This document shows, one piece after another, positions 1 through 11,199 of a stretch of 64,000 nucleotides of DNA; within the stretch, counting starts at the first letter, position 1, and the number at the start of each line of letters is the position of its first letter. The translations under genes were made by a program, and so were the position numbers. The notes under the pieces were generated by a model that ran no database searches, was not told the DNA's origin, and worked only from the letters and a program-made list of their open reading frames with translations. Origin of the DNA: Chiloscyllium plagiosum (taxonomy: Eukaryota); the NCBI RefSeq assembly GCF_004010195.1, contig NC_057753.1, forward strand, positions 14,173,937 to 14,237,936. The letters are read 5' to 3'.

Positions 1-655
1 ACAGGATCTGAGGAGCACAAGTTGGGAGCATAGGTTGGCGGGGAAAGATGTCGTGGAAATGTGGAACTTTTTCAAGGAACAGATACGACGTGTCCTTGAT
101 CTGTATGTACCGGTCAGACAGGAAAGAAATGGTCGTGTGAGGGAACCTTGGTTGACGAGGGAGGTTGAATGTCTTGTAAAGAGGAAGAAGGAGGCTTACA
201 TAAGGTTGAGGAAACAGGGTTCAGACAGAGCAGTGGAGGGATACAGGATAGCCAGAAGGGACCTGAAGAAAGGGATTAGGAGAGCCAAGAGAGGGCAAGA
301 AAAATCTTTGGCGGATAGGATCAAGGATAACCCAAAGGCATTTTATGCGTATGTGAGAAACATGAGAATGACGAGAACGAGGGTAGGTCCGATCAAGGAC
401 AGCAGTGGGAGACTGTGTATTGAGTCCGAAGAGATAGGAGAGGTCTTGAATGAGTACTTTTCTTCAGTATTTACGAATGAGAGGAACCGTATTGTTGAAG
501 AGGTGAGTGTGAAACGGACTGGTAAGCTAGAGGAGATACATGTTAGGAAGGAAGATGTGTTGGACATTTTGAACAACTTGAGGATAGACAAGTCCCCCGG
601 GCCTGATGGGATATATCCTAGGATTAAGTGGGAAACAAGAGAGGAAATTGCAGTA
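1..655 (+). mobile_element. CR1-clade LINE ORF2 fragment (region between endonuclease and RT)
   Basis: ORF 35..673 has CR1 ORF2 motifs PWLT, IKDNPKAFYAY, VGPIKD, LNEYFSSVFT, KSPGPDGIYPR; truncated at junction with a Penelope fragment. Confidence 0.9.
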
Positions 656-1475
656 CCACCTTCCACCCCATGAATGTCCCAATATATGTGAAATCCTTCG
701 CTGTTTCCGCCATCTTCAGTCAGACCACACCACCTAAGATATAATTTCTTCCAACCACTACCTGCGTTCTGCAGAGACCATTCTCTCCACGAATCCCTTG
801 TTATGGTTACACCTCCCCACCACCATCAGTCCACCCTACACATACTCAGTACATTACCTTGCCGCCACACGAGATATAAAACCTGCGCCTATACCTACCC
901 CATCACCTTCAGCAAAAGCCCTAAAGGATAATTCCAAGTCTGCTGCAGACAGGAAGGCAATTTACAGAGCAGTACATGGAACATCTCTGGGATTACCGCA
1001 CCAAACAACCTCACCACCCTGTGGCCAATGACTTCAACTCCTACATCCCACTCACCCCAACGACATGCAAGTCCAAACCCACCCAATAACTGAAGGAAGA
1101 GCACCTCATCGTTCTACCTTGGCACCTTCCAACCACGTGGCATCAACATTGACTTCACCAGTTTTGAAATCTCCACTTCCCCACGTTCTCTTACATGCAA
1201 AATTTCAACTCAGCAGCATCCTCTTGACCTGTTTTACCTGTCCATCTTCCTTCCCACCTATCCACTCTACCCTCCCCACCGAACATCAAAATTAAATCAC
1301 ACCTGCATCGACCTATCGCCTTCCTACATATCATCCCCCAGTCCTAACCCAATTTATCTGGCATCAAACCTCCCGCTCCATATTCCTGATGAAGGGATTA
1401 TGTCTGTAACGTTGAATCTCCTGCTTCTTGAATGCTATCTGACCTACTGTGCTTTTCCAGTGACACACGTTTTGA
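656..1475 (+). mobile_element. Decayed Penelope-like retroelement 3' part (GIY-YIG region + terminal repeat)
   Basis: Frameshifted EHLWD..TKQPHHPVA..FNS and EEHLI motifs homologous to 18900-19225; ends in the ctgatgaaggg...cttttccag terminal repeat. Confidence 0.75.
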
Positions 1476-2135
1476 CAGGAAATGCTGCAGATTCTGAGAA
1501 GGTGAAAGTCGGTTGGCTGCACTGAAAGCAATTGTTTTAATGACTGGTCCAGAGATGTGAAAGTAGGTAAATGCTTGGGTAGAACTGGTCAGGCACAGCA
1601 TTTTACCTAATGTTGAGTCCTGCAAGCTGTTATGCCTCCAAGTGGAAGATGAGACGTTGTTCCAATTTGTGTTAGCCTCTCTGAACTACTGTAAAGGCGT
1701 GGCAAAATTATGGTAATTTGCTAAATCTGACATCTACTCCATTACAATGCAGGAATGTGTCAGCTACACGCGCAAGGCTTTCCATAAATTTCTTCTGCTC
1801 TTGATTTTGTTTGAGAAATAAGGACATACACGTTGTAACTGCGAGAATTTTGCTCTTAATTTCAAAAATTGTGGTTGTGGGTATTCCATATAAAAGGTCA
1901 GTTGGGACTTGAGTGTTGCAATTTAGTCGAATGGTGCCAACCACACAAACTTCATATTCCCTCTCTTCTGACACTCGAGCATCAGCTTTAACTTATAGAT
2001 TGTGAGATCTTGAGTGAGACTTGCAGATAATACAATTTAATTCTGATGAAAAACGAATCTTCCTGAGCTTCAAATGAGGCTTACAAAGTAGAGCATATTC
2101 CTTTGCCAACCTCTATAGCAGTTCCATGTCACTGA

Positions 2136-2174
2136 GGTTTTTGTACAACACCAGGAGAGTTTTAAACCACTGTG
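2136..2174 (-). other. 23-RSS of V1
   Basis: CACAGTG (2174-2168) + 23 nt + ACAAAAACC (2144-2136), perfect consensus. Confidence 0.97.
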
Positions 2175-2605
2175 TATCTCAAACCGCAGAAATATACAGC
2201 AGTGTCCTGTATTTCTGATCGTGTGATTTTTAAAGGAAACTTCTTTTCTTCATTTGTTTGATTGGCCTCAAATCTTCCATTGACAAAATCTGCATCCTCT
2301 TTTTGACTGATATCCCGATATAAAATGAAGTCAAGAGCCTGATTCGAATACTGCCTGTACCAATATAGTTCAGGGTTGGAATGGTCTGCTGTGTAGCTGC
2401 AGTCTGCAATCACATCATCGCCTTCAATCACAGATAGTGCTATCCGAGGTTGTGTGACCGAATTTGAACGAATATCACCTGAAATATAAACGAACTGCAG
2501 TTTAATTACCATACCATGTTACAAAGTATAATAGCCTCACCGAAAACGTAATCCAAAGCCAAACCTACCTAATATCAATGATAAAATGAGAAGACCGTTG
2601 TACAT
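2175..2605 (-). CDS. TCR alpha/delta-type V segment V1 (family A), intact; leader 2605-2569, V exon 2478-2175
   Basis: Leader MYNGLLILSLILG, gt/ag phase-1 intron, SVTQ..C..WYRQ..DTAVYFC, consensus 23-RSS. Confidence 0.93.
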
Positions 2606-2940
2606 CGTAGCAACGATTATGCACAACTGACGCGCCACTGAAAGAAGGGGTCCAATAGATCTTACAATCTATTAATGTACCGGGAGGAACTGTCTAGCAG
2701 GGAATAATATTGGGAGTTGAAAGAAATATATTGACTGGATTGAAACAATAGATCTAAATTATATTGCTGTACTTTCTCGAAGTCCATTAAAGTGCATCAG
2801 TTATCAAACATATTCAGTAGATCTAGAAGGAAGAAAAGACAGAGAGTGGTAAGTCAACACACTGCGGGGTTTTGTTCATTTCGTGACTGGCTCCTCCCTC
2901 CTTTCTTCATCACATTACTCAAAAAGTGATTGACGTGTTG

Positions 2941-2950
2941 TGATGTCACT
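2941..2950 (-). promoter_or_regulatory. CRE-like TCR V promoter decamer AGTGACATCA
   Basis: Exact AGTGAYRTCA match ~340 nt upstream of V1 ATG; paralogous AGTTACGTCA at 9312-9321 upstream of V2. Confidence 0.55.
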
Positions 2951-3321
2951 ACCGAGAACTTTTCATGTCGCAAAAAGAAAAGAACAATTACTGGAAAGTG
3001 TGCAAGGGCAGGTGAACAAAAGTTAAACGTTAGAAAGAAGATAGCAGAAACAGAAGAACACAATTTTGAAATAATAGTGAATGAATGAAAGTTAACTATA
3101 CAATTCTGCTCTGTGTCTGTGTGATGGTCAGACTCAGCAGTTTGCTTCCACAGCAGATAAATGACAGTCTGATCCGAAGTTACTTTGTCTTCCTCTCAAT
3201 GGGCGTGCTCATCTCAGTTCCTGCTAGCACATTGCAACTGTTCAGAATTGTACACAAACTTCAAAATAAGAGTTCATAATGCCACACGAGCTTCTTTTTA
3301 ACAGGGTGAGATGTCTTTACT

Positions 3322-3575
3322 CACCGTGAGTTCAAGAAAGTGTCGCAGTACAGGCAGAGTCAGTCAGCTGAACCTAAGCGATAGATAAAGAGAACGTTGC
3401 ATTTGAAGCTTGAATTTGTGTACAGAAACATACTTCAGTCATGAAAACCATGGTTTCTTTTTCTCACAACATGACGGGCTGCATTGTCGGTAATAGAATA
3501 CTGCATGTTTCTTGAAAGCTTCCCCGGGAGGAATGCTACCCACAAACGTCGACTTTGAGTAACGGCACTGACATT
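3322..3575 (-). pseudogene. psi TCR V (family B), internally deleted
   Basis: Degenerate leader (~3575-3530), FYYRQ, SLSIA*VQLTDSA, heptamer CACGGTG 3328-3322; 5' part of V exon missing; family-B flanks on both sides. Confidence 0.75.
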
Positions 3576-4529
3576 GTCTTCTGTGAGCAGGGCATTTGGA
3601 AATTTGGAAAAAAATCCCATACGAAAAACTCGCTCTCAGTAAGCTGCTGCCGGGACTCTGAATGTGTACATATTGCTGTCTTGTATCGCTAACATGCAGT
3701 GAGGGCATGGACAGAGAACTAATTCTCAGTGAATTGGCGCACCCCGAGATGGGTTGCTGTTATTCTCTTTAAAATGGAGAAATAGCATTCAGATATATTG
3801 GTTTCAATCCATGACAAATAATCCCCGAGATTCCAAGTAGCCATAATCTGAACACTGTTTTCTTTGCTCAATTTACTGCCATAATTGTAATAATCAGTTA
3901 AAAATGACCTGCCATGTACCACTACATTGTGAACTCGTGACCACATCAAAATCCTTGAATCCCAAGTGCTACACTTTAAATCCCATCTGCTACGTCACTG
4001 AACTCAACCTCAACGTTATCTGTCAGTATTGAGCTTTTACCAATTCCACCCTCATCGTCGCCATGTATTGTTTATTCTGTGCATTCTGCCTCCGTTACAT
4101 CTCTCTGCCTCTGCTAGTTCCTCACAGCACACTCTGCTGGGATTTTTTTTGTCAGTTGTGACATATTGTTTTGTTTGTTGGCAAGCATTTATTGGCTGTC
4201 CACAGCTGCTTTTCAGCCGAGTGGTTTGCGAGTCCATTCACATTGCAGGTAGGAGTCAACCACATCTCTGGGCGTCTGGAGTCAGATGTATGTCAGACCA
4301 TGTAATTACAACAGATTTCCCTTCCTGAAGGATATACGTGAGCAATATCTTATTTAACCCAGCTGACTATGGTTTCATGGTCATCAGTAGATTCTTAACG
4401 TCAGTAATTTACTAACGAATAGAAATTCCACTATGTGCTGCTGAAAGACTCGAACCGGAGTCGCCAGAAGTTTAGCTTCAGGATTAACAGTCTGACGATA
4501 CTACCAAGAGACTATTATCTCCCGCACAT

Positions 4530-7500
4530 GAAGGGAGCAGCTTTAGCTTCTTTCCACTTTGTATTGTGGTTCTGTCTCACTGAGATGCTGTTGTTTTTAC
4601 TTGGCAGTTGGCGAACCAAGAGACTCCTTGTCAAGAGATTTGACGACGCTAAGACGAGTGGCAGAGGCATGTTTTGTTATTTGAATCGAAATGAGATGTT
4701 AAAAGACCATTTGGTAGGCGGGAGTGATGTTGTGACCGTGCAAAAACGCCGAATAACCGATGCTCAACTAGACTTATGACAGGTACTGCAACTGGCTTTG
4801 TCATTAGAAAATGTGGAAAATGGAGCTTAAGAGTAAAAGTGTATGTCAGTGGAAGTGGGCACACTCTCCAGAACGACAGAGTTTAGGAAATATCACTTGA
4901 CTAAAGGCAGTTGCATGGCATTAATGGGGACATATACTGAAGAGAGGGACTTTAGGTCAGACTACAGCAAAACCACAAAATAAAACCAAGCTTTAACCAA
5001 ACGGTTAACATTTCCTCGAGAGTTCGGCCGGGCAGCGCAATTAAAGTGGTGGGCGGTTTGCAAAAGAGGCAGCAAAATAAATCTACTGAATTGAATATGA
5101 CAACTCGAACCCCGTCATCCAGGTGAGTGCACACGCTCGAAAGTTCACCTTGAGCTGACTTCAAACAGTAAAATTGCTTGGCAAAAGCAAATCAGAGTTG
5201 AGAATGTGCTGATGGAAAAGCACAGCAGATCAGGCAGCATCCAAGGAGCAGGAAAGTCGAAATTTTCGGAGGGAGCCCTTCATCTGCAGACCTCACTTCT
5301 GCCAACAGCAAATCAGAACCAATCAAAATAAACTTCCGGTTAAATTGTCACCTGGTTCTAATTCAGTTTGATTCTGCAGCAGACGTATCAGTGATTATGG
5401 AACCAGTCTTTACCAGATTTCATCCTGAACTCCATACCTTACGTTTGTGTAACACATTGGCGAAGCTCAGAACCTTAAGGTACAGGTGAGGTTCCAATCT
5501 CTCATGAGAAACAATTGGTTCAGATTCCAGTGACTGCAGTTAAAGGCTCAGCCGAAGATCGAAGCAGCGAAATTAGTTGAGAAACATTCAGCTTGATTGG
5601 CTCAACATTATTGTTACATCACAATATATTTGTCTGAGTCAAGTCCAAATTAAATAGATGGAAAACTTTATGGAAGGTCTAGGAGCTATCAAAAGAGCTA
5701 AGGCGACCTTACATATTGACCTGGAAGGTATTCCACTATTTTGCAACGCCCACCAGCTGCCATTTGTCTTATGTACAAGACTAGGCGAGGAAAATAAGGA
5801 GACAGGATAGCGAAGGAATCTTCAAATTAGTATAATTTGCAAAAAAGGGCAGAACTGCTCGTACCAATTATGAAGCCCGATAGGTCAGTTCACCTTTGTG
5901 GGGATTCCAAAAACTGTAAACAGTATTGTGCAGCTATATGAATACTGAAACTTTGCATAGAAAACTTACAAAAAATCTGAAGAGACAGCCGGTGCATGGA
6001 GATTTCCTTCATGAGACATACCTACCACAATTGAGATTATACGAAGATCCTTGAGCTGTGAGACAATTAATAATCGGAAGGGTTTGCACCAATATAGGTG
6101 ACTGCCTTTTGGGACATCAGCAGCCCATGCAATCTTCTGTTGAATAATGGAATACATTTCACGAGATTTACCTTCGATTGCCAGTTATCTGAATGACGTG
6201 CTAATAACTGATAAGATACCTGAGATAATTTAGACAACTTGTTATATGGCTTAGGGGGGGAGAATATGTGTTTCAGGCACCCAAAGCGACGTGCTTGCGT
6301 TACAAAGTCAACAACACCGAGTTTCACAAGTTTGAAGGTAATGGGAGGACAATCGAAATTGCCCCGCTGTCACATTTCAGAGGTCAGGTCATTTCTTTGA
6401 TTGGTATTTTATATCAGCATGTTTATACATAACCTGTGCTCCATGCTGGTACACTCATGACTGCTATTAAAAATGGGCCAGCCTGGGAAATGGCCTCGCA
6501 GTCAAGATGCAGGTTTTAGGGAGCAGAAGAATAACTATAATCATCTGGGTATTGGCACAATACGGATCCCAAGCAAAAGGTGTTGCTGACATACGATACA
6601 CCCCTGTATGCTTAACAGAGTAATGTTCACTCACCCCGTGACTTTAGTGAATAGGAATGCACGACAGTGCATGCTTCGCAGACATTGCCTGAAACTGAAG
6701 CAAAATTATGCCTGATGGAACAGCAATGTCTGGCAGTTTTCATGATATCCACAGATTCTTGTCGAATTTAGATGTTGCCTCTTATTCTGATTGTGCGCAA
6801 ATATAATTTGGAACACTCGACACGAATGAAAGTGGCCAATGTGAAAGTCTTGCGCCAGCACACACTGCCAGATACAACACTCGTACTGTCAGCACGAGAA
6901 GAATCTGTTCTGGTTTCAAACTTCCTTTACACACTTGCAATCACCACTGGCAATATCTGACTGTGGACATAAAAAAGAATGGCAAAACAGAAACCACTGG
7001 GAGAAACAAAAAGCTATCAGATACAGAATTGCAACGTTTCTGGACCTGGTGAGACCACATCATTGTGAAGGATAGCACATAATTATAGGGAGCACGAGTT
7101 TTGTTCCGAGCAAATGTCATCTCCAGACCCCAGCTAAACTCCACCAGGGATTTTCAAAATGGATATGTTGGCGACAGGTTATGTCTGTTTGGCAGCCTTG
7201 GATCCTGGTGTAGCTGGGCTGATGGCTTTAGTCTCAGAATGCTAACAAGGTAACAAATTACTGCCAGCAGCTCATCCATATTCATGAGAATGACCGGGTA
7301 AGCCCTGGACCCGTTTACATGTCGACTATGCCATCTCTTTCATTGGGTCTATGTTCGTAGTCATTGAGGACGCCCATTAAAAATGGTTGCATGTGCATGG
7401 AGTTCATTCAACGAACACGGGGATGGCGACTGAAAATCTGTGAGCATATTGTACAATACCTACGGTGGTCATTGACAGTGCTCATAACCTATAAGCAAGG

Positions 7501-8480
7501 AATTGGGACATTTCCTAAAGTCGAATGGATTTAGAAAACAATCCATGCAACCTATCGTCCAGTAGTCTGGAGGTAAAAACAGCCCAAGCATTCAAGGAAT
7601 GCTTAACGAAGCAGCCTACATCCACACTCAAAACCAAACGGTACCAGTTCCTGTTTGATTATAGGACCACCTCTCAGACAAACACAGGGACACCTCCAGC
7701 ATATTTCGCAATGGGGGAAACCTCTGCAATAATCTAAACCTGATCTTTCTCGGCATATATGGAAGGGCGAAATGGTATCAGGAAAGCCAATGCAGAGCAC
7801 AAGTCTCCTCCAAGCAAGAGACTATGTATACTTCAGAGGACGAAGTTTGTTGTCGACACTGCTGGAATGGTCTAACATGAGTAAGGGTTCTGCTCAACAC
7901 AAGGTTAGATCCTATAACATACAAAGAACACAGAGGAGAGACGGTCCTGAGCAAGCACGTGGAACTCGTGAATGCTCAGACCCGACAGAAGGGGCAGGAG
8001 TAAAACTGACCCGGCATCTCAGAACACCTCCGAAGTCTTTCAGAACCTATAGTTTCTCATTCTCACTCTAGTGGTGAAGAAACCTCTGAGGACGAGCTGG
8101 ACATGGCAAATGTAGCAGACTTGATTATTTCACCTCCGATATTAGAAGATGATTTTATTCTAAGATGCTCGGGGCACAAGTCATGGTCCACGTCCATTAA
8201 ATGACTCCAGTATCCGAGACAGAGACAGAAAACCGGATCTTTTGCGAAAACGATCCGGGAGAAGCTACAGGAAAACAAAGGAGAGGCTTCAGTCCCAGGT
8301 CATACAGGAGGAGGGATATAATATTTGGAACAATGTCATTCAGATTGATCTCAAAGAATGAGTAACCTAGTCGCGCTGTTAACTTGGCGCGATCAAGGCG
8401 ACCTCGTAGATGTAAACATGTCTGTCACGGGTTCTTTTCACTCCAGGAGCGAACTGAACCAGACGCTTAGAAGGTAAGGT
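4530..8480 (+). mobile_element. Decayed Ty3/Gypsy LTR retrotransposon, copy 1
   Basis: Protease-like QFDSAADVSVI (~5365), RT-like LPFG (~6100), integrase-like WTRLHVDY..VIEDAH.KW (~7305-7390), purine tract then partial LTR-like sequence ~8305-8480; many stops/frameshifts. Confidence 0.85.
5197..5306 (-). mobile_element. Penelope terminal-repeat fragment inserted in Gypsy copy 1
   Basis: Absent from Gypsy copy 2 (~11845); flanked by duplicated agcaaatcaga (5186-5196, 5307-5317); homologous to 18655-18750. Confidence 0.8.
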
Positions 8481-8520
8481 TGTTCCTTCACCAACTTCTA
8501 TAGAAGTTCCATGTCACTGA

Positions 8521-8559
8521 GGTTTTTGTACAACGCCAGACGAATTTTCAACCACTGTG
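8521..8559 (-). other. 23-RSS of V2
   Basis: CACAGTG (8559-8553) + 23 nt + ACAAAAACC (8529-8521). Confidence 0.97.
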
Positions 8560-8990
8560 TCTCTCAACCCGCAGAAATACACAGCAGTGTCCTGGATTTC
8601 TGATCGTGTAATCTTTAAAGGAAACTTCTTTTCTGCATTCCTTTGTTTGGCCTCAAATCTTCCATTGACAAAATCTGCATCTTTTCTTCGATTGTTATCC
8701 CGATATAAAATGAAGTCCGGAGCCTGATTCGAATACTGCCTGTACCAGTATAGGTCAGGGTTCGAAGACCTTGTTGTGTAGCTGCAACCTACAATTACAG
8801 TATCGCCTTCAATCACAGAGAGTTTTTTGCGAGGTTGTGTGACTGACTCTGACCGAACATCACCTGAAATATAAAGGAACTGCAGTTTGATTACTGTACT
8901 GTGTTAGAAAATATAATCGCCTCACAGAAAACGAAATCCATATCCAAACCTACCTAATATCAACGATAAAATTAGAAGACCATTGTACAT
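8560..8990 (-). CDS. TCR alpha/delta-type V segment V2 (family A), intact; leader 8990-8954, V exon 8863-8560
   Basis: Leader MYNGLLILSLILG; DVRSESVTQ..C..WYRQYSNQAPDFILY..DTAVYFCGLRD; consensus RSS; paralog of V1. Confidence 0.93.
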
Positions 8991-9681
8991 CGTAGGAACA
9001 ATTGTGCACAACTAAATCGCAACTGAAAGAACGGGTCTAATAGATGTTACAATATATTAATGTAAAATGAGGAACTGTCTAGCAGGGAATACTTTCATGT
9101 GGTGAAAAAAATACTTGAACTGGATTGAAACAATAGATCTAAATTATTTTGTGGTACTTGCTCGAAGTGCATTAAGCCGCATCAGTTAGGAAACGCATTC
9201 AGTAGATACAGAAGGAAGGAAAGACACATACAGCGGAGTTTTGTTCATATTGTGACTGGCTCCTCCCTGCCTTCTTCACCACCTTCCTATAAATGTGATT
9301 GAAATGTGGTGTGACGTAACTACCAAGAATCTTTCATGTTTTAAAAATAAAAGTACACTTAGCAGAAACTGTATATACGTAGGATTGCAAGAGGAGAAAA
9401 AGTTAAAAGTTAAGGAAGAAAAAAGCACAAACAGAAGATGCAAATATGAAATATTAGTCAATGAATGAACGTTAAATATACAATTCTGCTCTGTGTCTGT
9501 GTAATGATCAGGATCTGCAGTTTATTCCTGAGCAGTTAGATGACAGTTTAATCCGAGGTTAGTTTGGCTTCCGCTTGATGGGCATGCCACTTTCAGCTCC
9601 TGCTAACACATTGTAACTGTCCAGAATTCTACATTAACTTCAAAATAAGTGTCAATCCATGCTCCAAGAGATATTTGTAAT

Positions 9682-10291
9682 CACTTTGAGTTCCAATAAG
9701 TGTAGTAATATTGATAGGGTCAGTCAGCTGCACCTCAGTGATCGACAAACACAAGGTTTAGGATATAGAGAAGCTGCAGAGCTGGGCAGAAAGGTGGCAG
9801 ATGGAATTCAATGTAGCTAAGTGCGAGGTGACTCACTTTGGGAAGAATAACATTGGCGCAACATCGAGGGCCCAAGGGCCTGTACTCCGCTGTATTCTTC
9901 TATGTTCTATGTTCTATGTTCTACAACGTTGTATTTCACGTTTGAATTTGTGTAGAGGAACATACTTCACTCATGAACACCGCAGTCTTTGTTTACACTA
10001 AGAGTAGGCTGTATTGTCGGTAGTAGACTACCGTATAGTTAGTTCATGTAGTATCATCGTTGCAGATTACAGTCATGGCATCATCTTCTCCCCTGAACAT
10101 GAAAGAAGCCGACTGAGTGACAGAATATCTGTGAATCACATCTGAAAGGGTGAACAAATATCAAGTGCAAAATATCAGAATGGTGCTATTCTGAAGCATG
10201 ATTTGTAAGGAAATGGGCATTGCATTTCTTGAAAACCTCCCCGTGAGGAATGCTACCCACAAAGGTCGAAGTTGAGTTACAGCACTGACAT
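9682..10291 (-). pseudogene. psi TCR V (family B) interrupted by CR1 fragment
   Basis: Leader relic ~10291-10240; exon from 10141 DVIHRYSVTQSAS..C..T*..YYRQ; SITEVQLTD; heptamer mutated to CAAAGTG (9688-9682). Confidence 0.8.
9760..9923 (+). mobile_element. Short internally deleted CR1 insertion with (TTCTATG)n tail
   Basis: WQMEFNVAKCEVTHFG RT motif joined directly to 3' tail; approximate TSD acaaggtt/acaacgtt. Confidence 0.8.
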
Positions 10292-10474
10292 TGTCTTCCG
10301 TGAGCAGAGCATTTGGTTATTTGAAAACATCCATCCTAAAACCTCGCTCTCAGTAAACTGCTGCTGGTATTATGAATCCTTACATATCACTATCTTGTGT
10401 CGCTTGAAGGTGTGAACAGCGAACTAACTCTCAGTGAATTGGAACACCCCGAGTTTGGTTACTGTTACTCTCTT

Positions 10475-10617
10475 TATGGGCATTTAAACTGGCATTGGAT
10501 AGGCATATGAAGGATAGTGGGCTAGTGTAGGTTAGGTGGGCTTGCAACGGCGCAACATCGAGGGCCAAAGGGCCTGTACTGCGCAGTATTTTTCTATGTT
10601 CTATGTTCTATGTTCTA
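10475..10617 (+). mobile_element. 5'-truncated CR1 3' end with (TTCTATG)n tail
   Basis: Same ggcgcaacatcgagggcc..ctgtact tail as 9855-9923; absent from duplicate unit 1. Confidence 0.8.
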
Positions 10618-11199
10618 TAACCACACCAAAATCCTTGAATCCCAAGAGTTAACATCTCGGAAATGATCGTAAATCCCATCTGCCACGTCACTGAACATAG
10701 TCTCAATGTTATCTGTCATTATTGAGCTTTTACCAGTTCCACCATAATACTAGCCATGTATTACGTTTTCCTTCCGTTCTATCTCAGTTATATCAAACTC
10801 CCTCTGCTGGTTCCTCGCAGCACTCAACACTGGAACTTTTTTGTCAGTTTCGCTGACTGGCAAGTATTTATTGTCCACACACAACTGCTCTTGAACCCAG
10901 TGGCAAGCACGTCCATTTCAGATAGCAGGTAAGAGGAAATCACAGCTCTGGGTGCCTGAAGCCAGATGTGAGTGAGAACGGGTATTTACAACAGATTTCC
11001 TTCCCTAATGGATATACGTGAGCAAGATCTTTTCATTGCCACAACTGAATATGGTTTCACGGTCACCAGTAGACTCTTCATTCCAGTTATTTACTAACGA
11101 ATAGAAATTATTTTATGTGCTGCTGAAAAGCTAGAACCTGGGATTTTAGTTTCAGGATTAACAGTCTGGCAATACGACCACGAGGCTATCACTTCACCC

